DNA from: Phoronis australis
Taxonomy: Eukaryota; Animalia; Phoronida
Assembly: GCA_002633005.1 (NCBI GenBank)
Contig: NMRA01000014.1
Span: forward strand, 397,898 to 461,897
Length of the DNA stretch: 64,000 nucleotides
Direction of reading: 5' to 3'
Position 1 is the first letter of the stretch. Every line of letters begins with the position of its first letter. Of the stretch, positions 36,901 to 51,900 are shown piece by piece. Both the position numbers and the translations under genes were made by a program. The notes under the pieces were generated by a model. The model had not been told where the DNA came from, ran no database searches, and saw only the letters and a list, made by a program, of their open reading frames with translations.

Positions 36901-39900
36901 CCAACAATTTCGACTACTGTGGCACCTTCTAGTGGCTGTTTTGTATTTTTTTTGAACCTATGGCTGTATCTCTTAAACCGTTCGCAGGATCTTTACGAAA
37001 TTTTGTAAGTATATTTATCTGATGTTGCTCTTGTTTTTATTAGCGATCATTTTTACTAGCGATCATTTTGACCAGCGATCATTTCTACTAGCGATTTTTG
37101 CGTGGCGGTGAAGTTTCCCTGACACGATTAGGTGTGTGGTGGTAAATTTGAGTATGATTTACGAGTGGCGGGGCCAAAAAGGAGTGTGGCGGGCCACCCA
37201 GAAGTTTACATGCAGGGGAAACCCTGCACACACAAACATTATGTACATGTGCATGCCTGAAAACGGATAGACAGACGTAAATGATAGCGTGCTACGCTCA
37301 TATGTATGATCACAAACATGAAAGCAGCCAAGGGGCAAAAATTGGGGAAATTGAGAAGGGAATCAATAATGAGCCGAAGAGGGTGAATACCTTTGTCACC
37401 CACAAACAAATACATTGATCCACTACAGACCACTAATCTCACCTTTTCCAACATCAAGCTGCATGGTCTTGTCTCTTTCTTGTTTCCATACCAGTAAGAG
37501 TTGTGCTGGGCTACACACAGAGCTATAACAAGATCCCCAGACACGGGCTCTCCATATGTGTACCTAGAGGGAAACAGGCAGTCACCAAAATAAAACTGCA
37601 TTCTAACAAAAAACTAACTTTTGTTGCAGATTCAAAGGTTATCCACTTGGTTTCCATTGCCTCCTGACTCCTGTTTCAAGAGATTTGAATACATAGCTTG
37701 AAATGGGTTGGTCTCCACAACCAATATGGTTGGAGACAATGTGGTGCCAGGTGGAGTTATTAACTGGGAATTTTGTAAGAGGGAGAAACACTCCAAATTA
37801 AAGATAGGCCCATGAATTCTGGTTTATCAGCTGTAAATCACAGTACATCAGCATGGGATCTGATTTGCAGCTGCAGTGCTCACAGAGTCTGGCTAGAGGA
37901 GAAGACCAGCAGTGCATTAACTCTGGTCACAGCATTTGTAAGATGTAATTAAAGAGAGAATACATGCTCATCACTACTTTGACTGTACCCCCCAAGTCAT
38001 AGCAAAGTTCTTTGAAACCCTTTAGCCGACTGTGTGGCCATGTTCCTTTTTGTCCCAGTATGGTAAAATTGGTTCAGCTTGGGCAAGAATAACTTCGAAG
38101 GCATTAATGTATCATTAGTTACCAAATGTTGACGAATAAAGTAAACTGCAAACCATAAGAGCAACAAAGCAAAACTTACACGAAATTTCAGTTCAAAAAT
38201 TCATTTGGCAAAATAAATTAAATTTCCCACTATACTGAAGAAGACTGTGCATGAGGCAAATCTTTCTTTGTGTTTATAGTAAAGACTTGAGGCATCCTTC
38301 AACAGAAAAATGTTCTCATACTCACTTAGCACAAACTTCAAAGTCAATAGTATCCGCATCAATTGGCAGGTGTGAAGGTGGTTTGATGGTCACCGAGAAT
38401 TTAGGCAGAACTGTAAAATAAAAGAGGTGTAAAGTGCACCCTGGGGTTTGCTGTACTTAAGATTCAGAAATTTGAACTTACGTTGAGAATAGTTGTAGAA
38501 CTGAAGTGGGAACATTAGATCAAATTTGATGAAACAAACCTCTGGACTGCATCTCATAATGCAAGTCACCTGTGTGTTTGACCAGATGACAAAAGTTTTG
38601 GCAAGATATCACCATACATTACAAGTTTTATTTGCATGTATTTGGCACTACAAAATCTCCCTCTGTGTAAAACATTGCATGACAATTACTTAATATCAAT
38701 CCAGTCCACTGTTCAGGATTTCTGTGATATTGTCTTTGGCATTTATAACTGGCAGGCCAATTATTTACCACAGAGTTATTGCATATACCAGAGATCTGGA
38801 TGAAAATCCAGGTATTTGTGCTAACTTCCATTGTACTTCTTTCAAACATAACCTTGAATGAGGAATTCAACTTTCAAAAGGCAAACAATATGAAAATTCA
38901 CAACTGATGTGTCAATTTATTTCAGCCAGTGCTTTATTGCTGCGAAACCATCCTTAAGGTTATCTCAAACCTTAATCACAAAAATGGCCGTTTTTACCAT
39001 ACTTCACATATACAACGTAGCAAAATAACTTTTCTCACATGAATTGGAATGTGTTACGTTAACGATATAGATGAATCACATGGGTGAATCACAAAGCAGT
39101 GCAAAGTAGAAATCCATGTGCCTTACATTTTAATACCAACAACCAAACAATGCCCGAATCCTGTGAAGGTGACAAGGTTATGATTCACAAATCAAGTGTC
39201 ACAACTGTACGTAATCCCTGTCGGAAGGACATGCAACAAACGTCTTAAACGGACCCATCTTTGGCGGCAGATTCCATATCCCCATTCATTCTAACGAAAA
39301 CCAACCCCCACTCAAGAAACCAAACGGTGAAAATGACGTGGTGTCAATTTTAGTACTCACTCGGCTCACAAGGGAAGCCCTGCTGACTGTTACTAATAAA
39401 CATTTGCTAAGTTTTAATATTATAACTTCAAACAGCAGTAAGATTCTAGCTTGAACATTTGTAACAAAAGCTAAATGCAATTTACAATTGTTATTACAAT
39501 TGCTAAGTTTAAAATAAAATTATCAACAAAAAGTAACTGGGTTCACATTGCGCAAGAGTGTTTCTACAAAAACCACGCCATGTGGTTGAAAGTTTTAGAC
39601 TCACTGTAGATTCCACCTTTGAAATAATTTAACTTCAGGCATACGAAACCCAACTTATAAAATTAAACCGTTATAGTGATAATTAGGTACATTACACACT
39701 GCAAATTCAGTTGACATTACAAGTTTGAAATAGCTCAAACGGTAATACCATTTCAAAAACTAGTTTTCACCAAATAATTAATCTGGAACATTTGAGATTT
39801 TGCCAATTTGGAATGTTAACCGCTTTTTATAAGCTTTGGCAAATCGACTTAATTTCAACACAAGTTCTCGAAAGCTGCTCAGTGAATTTCACTGAAACTT

Positions 39901-42900
39901 TCCAATTTTAATATTTATTTACCAACCTCAAAAACGCAGTTAAGATTTTCCTTTTAAGTATTTGCTTACTGCAAGATAGACGAGCAAAATTGGAATTTTT
40001 TACAAAAACATCTTACGTTTTGCAAGTTAATTTGACTTACAGCAAAAGCAAAATTAAATGAGTAATTGAAGTTCTAACAGTGGCTCTGACGTTAATCATG
40101 ACATTTTCATTTAAAAAGGATTTTATTAAACAGGGCTTGGAATAACCCATGACAAAAAAGAGGAAAATTTTCACTGCCTTCAAATACACATTGCAATCTC
40201 CATACCTCAACAGATCGAATGTAAACAATCATTATCATCACAAGATGTCCTGTAACTGATGTCATGTTGGCAAAATGCATTCATCTTAAGCAGTACCTGA
40301 CATCGATTTCAGCAGAAATAATGGATGCAATTAGATGCAACAAAAGATATTTTTTTTAAATTAAAATGATAAAGATAATGATGCAAAATTTGCAGTGTGA
40401 GTGACAGAAGCTTATATTCTTGATTTGCTGCAGGAAGACTTATAAAATTATTTTCAGTGCTTATAATTGCGATACAAAATTATTAAAACATTTTGAAAAT
40501 TAATCCAGAGATTACGCGGAAAGCCTGAAATACATACACATTTAATTCCAATGCAAATGGGAAAAAGTCAAGACAAAAACTATCAGCATGGAAAAATGAA
40601 AGAAAAAAAACAACATACTTTAAACTGTAGAATACATCAATCACAATCCTAAGTTGGCCAAACTTTTCAGTTTCAAACAGTAATTACAGGAGTTAATTGT
40701 TCTAAGCCACTTTGAAATAACTACAAAGACACTCAATATAGGCTAGCAGAATTTGTAAACAATGGCTTAGACCAATCAGATCATTCAGAACCTGTCACGT
40801 GACCAATTCTCTCTTGAACTAAAAAACTCCAGTCAGTCAAAATAAGACCTCCAAGTCTTGATTAAAATCTACCGACATGTTATTTTGCGATGAATGTACC
40901 TTTCTTACATTTGCCTTAAAAAGGTGGTAAAAATGGTGCAGGTGGCCCAATGCCTTTTGCGGTACATCAGGCGTGTTTAGGCCACAAGCTGGGCCCATTA
41001 CACTAGTCACTTGGTTATGACTCATGGGAACATGACATCATCGGATTCCTCATGGGTGAAATCTTCCAATCTTCTTGTTTGTTTCAGAAAGACAGAAATA
41101 CTATTATGAACTTAACAATGTTAACCAGGCAGGTTATGTGTCCCTCAAATGCAGAATAGTGAATGTTGGCCAAGACCCTTTTGTCCACCTGACATCACAC
41201 GCATGCTGGCACCTCCAGTGTAGCAGTGTAGGTCATAAGAACTCGTAAACCGAGTTAAAACTGATTTAGCCTATTACGGACGTTACTTAGTAGCGTCAGA
41301 CGAGTCACAGACAGTAGAGTTGGATAATTCTATGTATCGTGACTTTCGCCAATCCTCAAAATTTAAGAATTAAGAATGTAGGTGTGATATAGTGTTACAT
41401 GGTGAATTCTGAGGTTGCGGTATGATAAATAATTTTACTTATTACGGCATTTTCCCGTTGCTTCCAACTTGTTCGATTCTATAGCTCAACAACAAGTTGG
41501 GAAGTTTACCCCTGTAGCCAATATCCTCCATGACTGATTAACTCCATTCTGGCATTTATGGATGGAGGGCCAGCTCTCTTTTGTTCGATAATTGCTGCTC
41601 TGATCTCCAATAGGATCTTATCTACCCTGACTGCGCTGTGCTGTTGAAGTTAAAATACAACACATTTGAACATAAACCAATAGCATTTCTGAAATCTTCG
41701 TCAAATGGTGATCATGTTTAGTTTTTGAATCGTCAAAATCGGCCAACTGCAACCGAAGTTAGAACAATCTATTCTTTCCGAATACACAAATTCACTCTGA
41801 GTTCCACTGAGTTCACAGCATGATCTGTATTAAGCCTGGTAGATAATTGGCCTGCTTGTTGTCATAACAGACAAAAAAGAGTGTGCCTGGCAGTTAACAA
41901 AGAAGGTAGATGTTATCACACGCTCAGAACCCCCTACATCTGGTAAAGTCACTGAAGGGGGGGAAAACCGCTGTCATGTCACTTGATTGTCTGGCCACCT
42001 TACAAGTATGCAGAGCTTGTATTTAGGTTTCAACTTCTCATGATTTACTGCAGTGATAAGACATAGGTCTGCACTTTGTGAGTGGAATGTGGCCTAGCAT
42101 TCGGATATTTTTTCTTTAAAATTTTGAAAGTCATGTCGACCAAAATGGTATGTACTTGTTCAAAATCGACTCTCATTTGCAAAAGATTTGCCTAAATATC
42201 TGTAAATAAGTCCATTCAAGAACAGCACTGTCTGGCCTGGCATACAAACTTATGGGTGTAGAGCATCTTTGATACAAATGGTGTCATCATCCCCAGTGGA
42301 GTTACTAGTCGTGTAAACAAACTGCAGGCTCTACACAAGGACAGGCTACCAGTGCGAAGTCTCGTAACCTCCAACGAAGTCTCATAACCTCCACCGGGGT
42401 ATGCCAGCATGCGTGTGACATCAGGTGGACAAAAGGGTCTTGGCCAACATTCACTATTCTGTGCATGAAGTAGTAGATTGTAGGCAGGGCAAATCTCCAG
42501 CAGATGTTGAGGAGTCTCGGCATCACAATGAACATGCCATGTGGAATGTGATGTTACCATGCCCAGCTAGGTTGCAGTGTCCAGTAATAACTTGGACCAG
42601 CTGCATTACAGCAAGCCTATCTAAACATAACAGTCTTTTTGAACCTTTCGGTTCAATAGGGCTTGGAAAAAGTTGCTTGGTTTGTCTGCAGGCAGAGAGC
42701 TTTCTCTATGCATCCACCAACAGTTTACACACCCACTGTCTTACTTTTGCTCTACAGCACCTACAGGCAACTGGTATGCAAGGTTCTGATACAAAACAGG
42801 GTGCACTTGCTCCTTCTTTTACAAGTTTGTCAACAGCTTCGTTCCCGTCAATGCCAGGTGGTAATATAACAATAACAGTAATAATAATGGCACATAAATT

Positions 42901-45900
42901 CAAAACATATTCACAATCTCTGATATTTTTTCTATCATAATTCAAAATATATATTCTTAGTAGTTGGCATAGCCTGTTTCTTATATAAGAGGTAGACTGG
43001 AGGTCACTAAATAAAGTTGACATAACCTTAATTTCCCAACTGCCCAATCCCACACAACTGGACCTTTGATTGACTTCCTGATAAAAAGCAGTCTTAATGA
43101 TAGCAAGAATTGTAGGAATTAATTGACAACGTAATTAATTGAAAAGAGCCACATTTCTAATAAATTCCAAAGCCAAAGAATTATTACGTGACACCATGCA
43201 CTTGTAAGGTCACAACAAGGAAACATAAGGAAAAAGGATTGAAAAGTTCTCGGAACCAGAACATTAGCTACAATATTACAAAATTGTTTCATGACCAAGA
43301 ACCAATGTCAACTTATAACAGACAGGAGTGATTCATTTCCTTCCAAAGGAAAATCAATTCCAATGCTTAACTGAAAGAGGAACTGGCATTCCTGAATGCA
43401 ACTGTACTGTGAAATGGATTTTTAATGTATCTTCTTAAATTCAAAAGAGCTACAATAAAAAGATGAAAACATGATAGGATCAAGTGTCCAAAGACAAGCT
43501 CTCAATCCAAGCTCTGAAGCCACAGTTAAACACACATCCTCAGCCACAGTTGTTTATGTTGTGGTTTTATTGTGTGGTTTATGGCTTGTTACACAAGGAG
43601 GTGGCCATTTAAACAAAGTCTAGCTCCAAACTGTTAGAATTAAACAGTTCTGCAGTCTAACCTTGCAACTCTTCTATGTCTTACCATTTAGAAGACATTC
43701 TTATGCTGTTCCGAAGCTAAAAAGAAACAACTTTTTCCAAGTTATCACCAACTTGAATTAGTTTTTACACTTTCCATTGCTAACACTTTCTACTAGTGAA
43801 AAGGTCAAAGAAAATCCCAATTTTATTTCCTTGCTCCGATCTCAGATATAGTCAATCTGAGCTCCGATCAATGAGCTAAATACAGAGTATCTAGCTCATT
43901 GCTCTGATGATGACAAAGGTAGTTCCAAATAAACAACCCCAGGAAAATAAATATTACATAACACTTGCATCTGTTGAAACAGCAGACCATATGTAGCTGC
44001 TTTTATGTTTTTAAGAAGTCAGCCAGCACAAATCTCTGTTACAATAGTCATTTAAGCAATTTGTTAAAGAGGGACTTTGGGATACAGTTAGATGGGTACG
44101 CAGGCAAAAACTTCATGTTTCTTCTACTGTTTCTATGAAGAAGTTGACAAATGTAGTTTTCATCCAGTTTCGCCAAAATATGATGAAAATGCAAAAAGAA
44201 ACTAGAAACCTTAATTCACTGATTTTTTACGAAAGCATATTTTTGCCATTTTTTCCTTTTGCCGAAAACCAGGACAACCCACAGATTTTTGAGGAAACAG
44301 AAAGAAACACAGACTGAATAAAGTAGAGTTGGTGGGCACACACTGACAACAGTAGTTGCCCAAAGGTTTTTCTAACACCCAACCAAGAATCCACAACAAT
44401 GTGCTGTGAGACAACATGGTGCTCATTTTCACAGACAGATTGAATTAGTGAGACATGTGGCTTCCAAATTGGCCAAGTGAATTTAAACAGGGTGTAAATG
44501 GCAGAATATTGAATTTCCCACCGCCCTCCCACTGAACTCCTAGGCATTTAACACAGCATAGAAATTAGCCAGTAAATTTTCACAAAATTCAATAATCGAC
44601 TATTGGGTTTCCCAAGGCCTTCCTATTACTACAAACTTAACAAAACAGAAATGCTGGCATTGGTCGAGGTGGGGGTGTGGGTGAAGATGTAATGCTGAGA
44701 TGAGGAGTGGGTGAAGATGTAATGTGGACCTCACAAAACTGGTGTTTACTATACCAGACTGTTGAGTCTCTGGCAAACCAGATGAAATGTGATACTGGCA
44801 ATCAGACCACTGGCAGTGAACATAAACAAGCACAGTGTTCAGTTGAACTCTCTACCATGACTTACATAATGTATCTAAAAGGGCTTCTAGTCAAAAATTG
44901 ACAACAGAATTTATTCAAACTCAGACCTTTCTCACTTGCTCCCTGGCCAATTGGTTTCTCATTTTTCAAAAAGTTATTGGTCTTACTTTCAGCTTCTTTC
45001 CCACAAGAGAATATCTTGGTATTCAATGATCCTTCTAACAACTGCTGTCACAGGTAGGAAATTTTGGAATAAACAGCAGTCCTCTGTAAGCCATTGAATA
45101 TTATTTTTACACAAGGGGTCATCCACAGGACATTGGCCGACTTTCAAGGAATACTCCATACAAAACAGGTACCAGTACAAATAAACAACTTTCAATTTTC
45201 AAAACAAATGACAGTGTTGTTCTATATCAGGCAGGGTGATTCATTCCCACCAAGCAGGTGATGATGTCATCCACTTGCTGGGAATGAATGAGAAATAAAA
45301 GATGTGTTGAAATTAACCCAAATATCAATGTGGTAAACTATCCATGTACACAAATCAGTAACATTGTTCTGTAATCCATATGTTGCTGCTCTGAAGAAAC
45401 CTCTGTTCTGACATCAATAGTATCTGAGCTAGAAATAATTTTCCAGATGATGAACAAATTGACATGACTTGCAAATAAAATTTACCCTCAAGGGGCATTT
45501 TGTGTTGTTGAGCTCTCAATGTTGAATTCTTAACCCAAGTGCTGTGGGGTTTAAAATATTACCACGCTCATCTGATCTTCAGCTGAAGTGTTGCTCACAA
45601 CTCAAGTCCCAAGATGTGAGTGCAAACACAAGTATTTTCGAATTCGCAGTCAACTACAATCAAAATGTCTTGATGGTTTCCATATTCTGGATGGTAACAG
45701 AACTGTGAGGCAAAAGAATATTATGGGATCAATGCACTCACCATAGCACCACAGATGGTGTGCTTCTGTGGGTGTTTTAGTATCATAAACATAGCCATTA
45801 GATGGCATAGAATGCGTCAAACCCATACCAATTCAGAAGATGGCATCGTTTCTAAAAAAATAACTATTTGCCGAATTTCATAAAAGGAACTCCTAAGATA

Positions 45901-48900
45901 TAGAGGCAAACATAAAAAACAGTTGACACTAGTGGGCACAGCTACAGTCCGATTAGTCTGAAGTTCGTCGTTATCTGTTGCCATCTCTAAAGAAGCTCAT
46001 CTGCCAAATTTCGCAAAGATCCTTTAAGGGTTCAGGAGATACAGCCACAGATAAAAAAACAAAAAAGTTGACCTTAAGGAGCGCCAGAATAGTCAAAGAC
46101 ATTATAAAATCAATATCAGCCAGGGTCTTCCCATCTGGAACACAATCATTAATTTTCATATCCGTCCTTTGAGTGGTTTAGCAGATAGAGGCACACCTCA
46201 AAAACATGCACGGAAATTTTTAAATGGCCACCAGATGGCACATAAAACAGCAAATCTGTCCAAAATGGCAAAGCTCATTAATTGAAGCCTACTTGCCAAA
46301 TTTCACGAAAATATTCGTGAACTCTGAAGATACAGAGTTAAAAGTAAAAAATATTTTGCTACTAGGGGGGCACAGTGGCATTTGGGTTAGTTCGACATTT
46401 GTTATCGTTTGTCGTCGGCTCCTGAGATGCAAAAAATCACAACAAGGGGGCATCACCGTTGTTAGAACCGTCCGAAAGTCAACTTCAGTCATGGCCTACT
46501 CAACAGGAACACGTCTGCCAATTCTCAGTATGGCAGATAGGATGCCAGAAAAAGGATGCAAAATTAACAGAAATGGCCGCCAGGTAGCGCAACATACATC
46601 AAATCTGTCTGAAAATGGGAAGACGTTGTTGTCTCCTAAATAAAAACCTATTTGCTGAATTTCATGAAAATACATTACTGAAATTGAACATACACAGACA
46701 CTAGGGAGCACAGTGGTATCTGGATCAGACCGACACTCATTACTGCTTGTCGACAGCTCTGTAGGATTATATCTTTCAAATTTTACAAAGCTTCTCCAAA
46801 GGTTTAAGGAAATTCGGCTGCAGACGCAAACAAAAAAAATCACAACTAGGAGGTGACATAGTAGTCGGACAAGCACAGAGGTCAATGTCAGTTGTGGCCT
46901 TCTCATCAGCAACACATTCCTAACTTTTTGTACCACAGAGAGGCGGATGCCAGAAAATTGATGCAAAAATAACAATGCCCACAAGGTGGTGTAAAATTCC
47001 TTGAATCTGTATAAAAATGAAATGGCATCATTGCCTCCATATTTAAAACCTATTTGTCGAATTTCATGAAATTTCTTCAAGGAACTCCAAGGATAAAGAG
47101 GCAAACGTAAAAGAAATGCTAACATTGCCACTAGGGGGCACAGCAGTATTCTGATTGGTGCGAAACTCGTCATTCCCTGTTATCAACCACACAGTAACAC
47201 ATCTTTGAAATTTCAATAACATTTTGGAAGGGGTTAAGGAGATACAGCCGTGGGCGCCGGATGCCCAAACAGAGATGTCGGCAATATGCACCCACATTTT
47301 AATATGTGGGCGCGTAAAAACCCTAGAAAGACATAAGTTTTGAAAAATTTCTTTCTTAAAAATAAATAGAGCATTAAAAAGAGAACAGTGTTTTGGATGT
47401 GACAAAATATTTCAACACGGAAATTAGTCGCAAGCACGAGCACTCATGAGAGTAAATGAGCCAAGCCGATGTTTCAACCTTTTGTCATTTTACAGGGTTT
47501 CTTTCCCTTAATGAGTATGAACCATGTCCAAGTCCTGTGAATGAGCACACTCCTAGACCACCAACTCACCGTACTCCTTCACTTCAAACGTTTGCTCCTC
47601 AGTTCGACCCTCAATGACGGCACTGATCTTCCACACACCCTGCACTGGCTCCTCAGATAACTTCATCTGCAGGCTGCTCAGCCCCTGTTGGTTAGGGACA
47701 TCCAACCACTGGGCGATACGTGACCCTACAGAATCTTCCAACCACACCTTTTCAACCTGGGAAAAGAGAAAACACATGGATTAAGTTTTTTATGTTTGTA
47801 CATTAGCAAGAGTATCAAACTTTTGAACTTTAGCATCTGACTACTACAGCATGTCTCAAGTTGGACTCACTCACACAATGAGGGATTTTATTCATGTTCA
47901 AACTGTCCAGCATTGCATAAAACTGATTCTTTCTAGTGAATTCACTTTCATCCAGATTGAGATACAATCAGCGGGCAACAAAATATAAAATATCCAATAA
48001 AAATGGTATTTTTGACACCAGAGATTGTCATGAATGGGTGTTTTCGAACATCAGGGGATGAATTAGGGAACTGATTCAACTACTTACATAATAACAACAG
48101 TATCCCCTGATCCCTACCTTTAGTAAGAGAACAACTATTTCACGATGTTTAGATGAAATTTGAAAGTACCTGAAGTTGAAGACTTACATTGGAAAGCAGG
48201 GGTTTCAAGTCGGGTGTCGTCGAAAGTATTCTGAATTTGACTGAAAACAGCAAGACACATTCTGTGATCAACAAGCTTCATAATACCATCAGTACATCAA
48301 TGGGTAGACCAAAGTCAGATAACCAAAACAGAGAACAATTTGGAAATTGAACAAATATTCTGAAAAATCAGAACAGTGAATTAAAGATTACCAGTAATTT
48401 TTTTATCACCTTATTCTATGCCAATATTAAGTTTTCTACTTGTCACTGAACATACTATAGTTACATAACTCTATATCTTCAAACAACTAAGATAAAAAAA
48501 CTCTGGTTCATTAGTAAACTTCTGAAACATGAACAGTGTTTGGCTGGCTGTTCATGAAAACAAGGATACTAACTGATGTGTTCACCACAATGCCACCAGG
48601 ATGTAGCTGTTGAGTCAAAGGTCAGACAGACATGCTAGATCTGACATACAGGTCAAATGAAGGAGCATGTTGATAGCTTTCGCTAACATAAACAAAAACA
48701 TGTAAATTTGACTTTTACTGACACACTTGTACAGATTTTTGTTTAGAAATCTTCTGGATAATGTTGTCATTTCCCTAGTCATTTCCGGGGAAAATGTTCG
48801 CACAACTTGGACAAAAGAAACTTACTTTAACAACAATTGTCAATATTTTAACTCCTAAATCACAACGAACATAAAAATCCAACATGGGGATTTTACCTGT

Positions 48901-51900
48901 TTGCCCAGGTTTGTAAATAGGTTTATCTGTCTGTATGAAGGTTAAGAAGGTATTTTGCTGGATTGAGACTGTTCTTGTGTCATTGAACACATAACTCTCG
49001 TCAGCAGTGTTCCCTTTCAATGAGATCTTGGCTCGGTGATGACTAATAGCTGGCAGGTTCAAGTGCACACAACGACTTTTACCTGTGAAATATAAAAACG
49101 GAAAATTTGCTCAAAAACACCACAACATTTTTGATGACAATTATTACATTAGACAACCAGGCTATCCATTGGCATCTTGTAGTTGGACAATGCTTCTCTA
49201 CATCAACCACGAAAACTAGTGTCACCATCAGCAGGGCCTAATCATTAAACAACTGCTATTCACATACCATCTTTGAAGGTGAAGCTGTAGTTGTCTTCTG
49301 TCTCTCCAGCAGTAATTTTGATTTCTAAATTTACATCTTGAGTGACTTCATGAAGCTTCAAGCAAACCTTTTCTTGAGCTCCTGACTGTAAAACTTTTGG
49401 AGCTGTGAAGAGGAATCCGCTGAAATAAAAATGCAATAAGACGTTAACATCGAAATTTACATTTTCTGTGTTGTAAATGTTTTACCAAAAACGCTAATCT
49501 CTGATTCAGATGAAATGTAACATGAATTGCCCGTGCAGGACTAACTACTGCAAAATAAAAGTTTGGACAAAGTTTGGAAACCCGCAAGTTGTCACCTGGT
49601 GTATGGGCGCTGTGCTACAAACAGAACAACAGAGTATCACCGAAACGCATCAAGAGGACACCCCAAGGCTCAGGGTACTGCTACAGAGAATATTTAGCAG
49701 CTATTTTTGGTAATTAATTAACATACTTAAATATTTCTCAAGACTGCCATTGTATACACATTTCATATTCCAGATTCTGACCCGCGTATGTCGCTTGAAC
49801 CTTTGAGCTGGAAACAGAATCGGCCAGAAATAATCCAGTTCAGTGAACTGCAAATGCAAATTCATTGCATTGGCCATTAGGAATGGGCGAGAGGTTTCAA
49901 GCATTCAGCTGCACTGAACTTTTCTTAAAATTCCAAATAAATTCATGATCTTTGTAAGTGCACCCACTCAAAGACAGAAAAAACAATACAACCATACATG
50001 TATGTGAGCGCATAAAGAGTAGCACCGGTGAAAAGCAGACTTTAAGGATAATATGCGTCTCCTTAAAAAGGTTATGCTGCACTAAAAAAATACCACTGTT
50101 ACAATGAGCTATTATATACTCTAACTAATAGGCCTCACAGGAAGTGTTCCTATCCTAGGGTGCTATTTAACCTTTCAGACCTCAACACCCACACCTTAAC
50201 TTGAGATGATCTAAAACAACACCTCAACAATCAACAGTGAAGTAGTATGTGGTACCAGTAAAGATAAAGCAATAAAATCAAGACCATTGAGACATGAAGT
50301 AAAAGGCTTAGCATTTATAGTCACATAGACAATGTAAAGAATCAACACAAAAATACATTTTCACTACCTTTGCAGTTCCCTTATGAGAATAGGCTATTCC
50401 CATTCACTACACTACACTACAAAAAACGAAATAATCCATAACACTCCATTCACCACCTACTTTCTCGCTAGCACATTCGCCAGTAGCAAAATACGTTAGA
50501 AAGGTGTACGGTTACACATGTCACTTCTGATGACAGATTAAGCAGTCCTTGAACTGCTGACGTTTTTTACTAGCACTTTTTAACCAAATCACTACTTACT
50601 ATGTTACTTCAAAGGAGACATATGTACAGGGGTAAGAGACCATTGTTGAATTGTGTCAGAGAATTAATCTTTAAAGCTAATGAGTTGATGAGCAAACAAA
50701 ATAACTGCAGGTGAAAACATTAAGCTTGGCCAGTATGTATCCCAGTATCTACTGGTCAACAGGGCTGTTTCTGAGGCAGACTGATCTAAGGTACTATTGC
50801 ATGAAGTATTTAGCAACTGCAGCATTAATAAGTAGCTTAATCCATAGTGCTCAAGAACACACTGGCTAAATTAAATTGATATGGTGAATTGGTAATTATT
50901 AAAATTGATTGGTTTCTGAAATTGAATTCCTTACAAAAAGTTAAATAGAGGTTGAAGTTTTACCAGAACAAAATAAAATACAATAAATATTAGCTTAACA
51001 CAGATGGGTAAGGTTTAGGGTTTGAACATGACAGTTAGCAATGGACTAGAATGACATCTGGACTGGCCTGCATTTACAAATCACTGTCATCTGGAGATGA
51101 AACTTGATGGAAGTAATTTCAAGGGGGTCAACAATTGGTCAGAAGTGGTTTTGAAGTCTGACCAATTGTTGATTCCCCCTTTGAATAGCCTCCATTATAG
51201 ACAGCTAGACTATCTGGTTACAATGATAAGGGTCTCACCACTACAACCTGGCAGCATTTTGCCACTCACTGGTGATCCATTAGTAAAAGAACAATTAATA
51301 AATCTGCATTTCCATGACAACCATTTCTGCAAAGACAGGGAACTTGTTCATGCCCTTAGTTGTGAGGTGTTTTGACAAGGATATTTTAAAGTCACTACAT
51401 TTCCTCCAGAGATGAACAAAAAAGCTTGGTATCAGTCAAGAATCATTTGCTTTAAGTCCCACCAAGACTATGACCTCTTTACAGCTATTATGAAACTTTA
51501 AAAGTAGGGTTCCCTGAAAATGTTAAGAGATGCCCAGTGCTCCAGCTTGACAAAAAAGAGTGCAAAAATCAAGTTAAAGCATATTTTTGTACATCATACA
51601 TCAAAACAAATCACCTTTGATGTGAATACAAAATTCATTAAGTCGCGTGTCTTTACATTCTCTAACAATTGCAAAAAAAATTAAGTGCGGTCCTCATAAA
51701 AATATAAATTGCGATTATTGCCAGAGGTTGTTACAATGCAAATTAAAAGGCCGTTTAATCTGAAATTAAGCTGCCACAAGAGTTAATACGCCAAACTCCT
51801 CCAAACTCCAGTCTAGAGGAAAACAACTGTAGCCATATTGGTGCCCAAATTATCCTAATGATTATTTTGCCCCTCCAACTGCATTTTGACTGTGTTTTGT

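Noticed and set aside
46496-47173. 225 aa ORF and similar ORFs in the CCACTAG repeats
   Set aside because: Chance open frames within the non-coding HINE-like repeat, with no recognisable domain.
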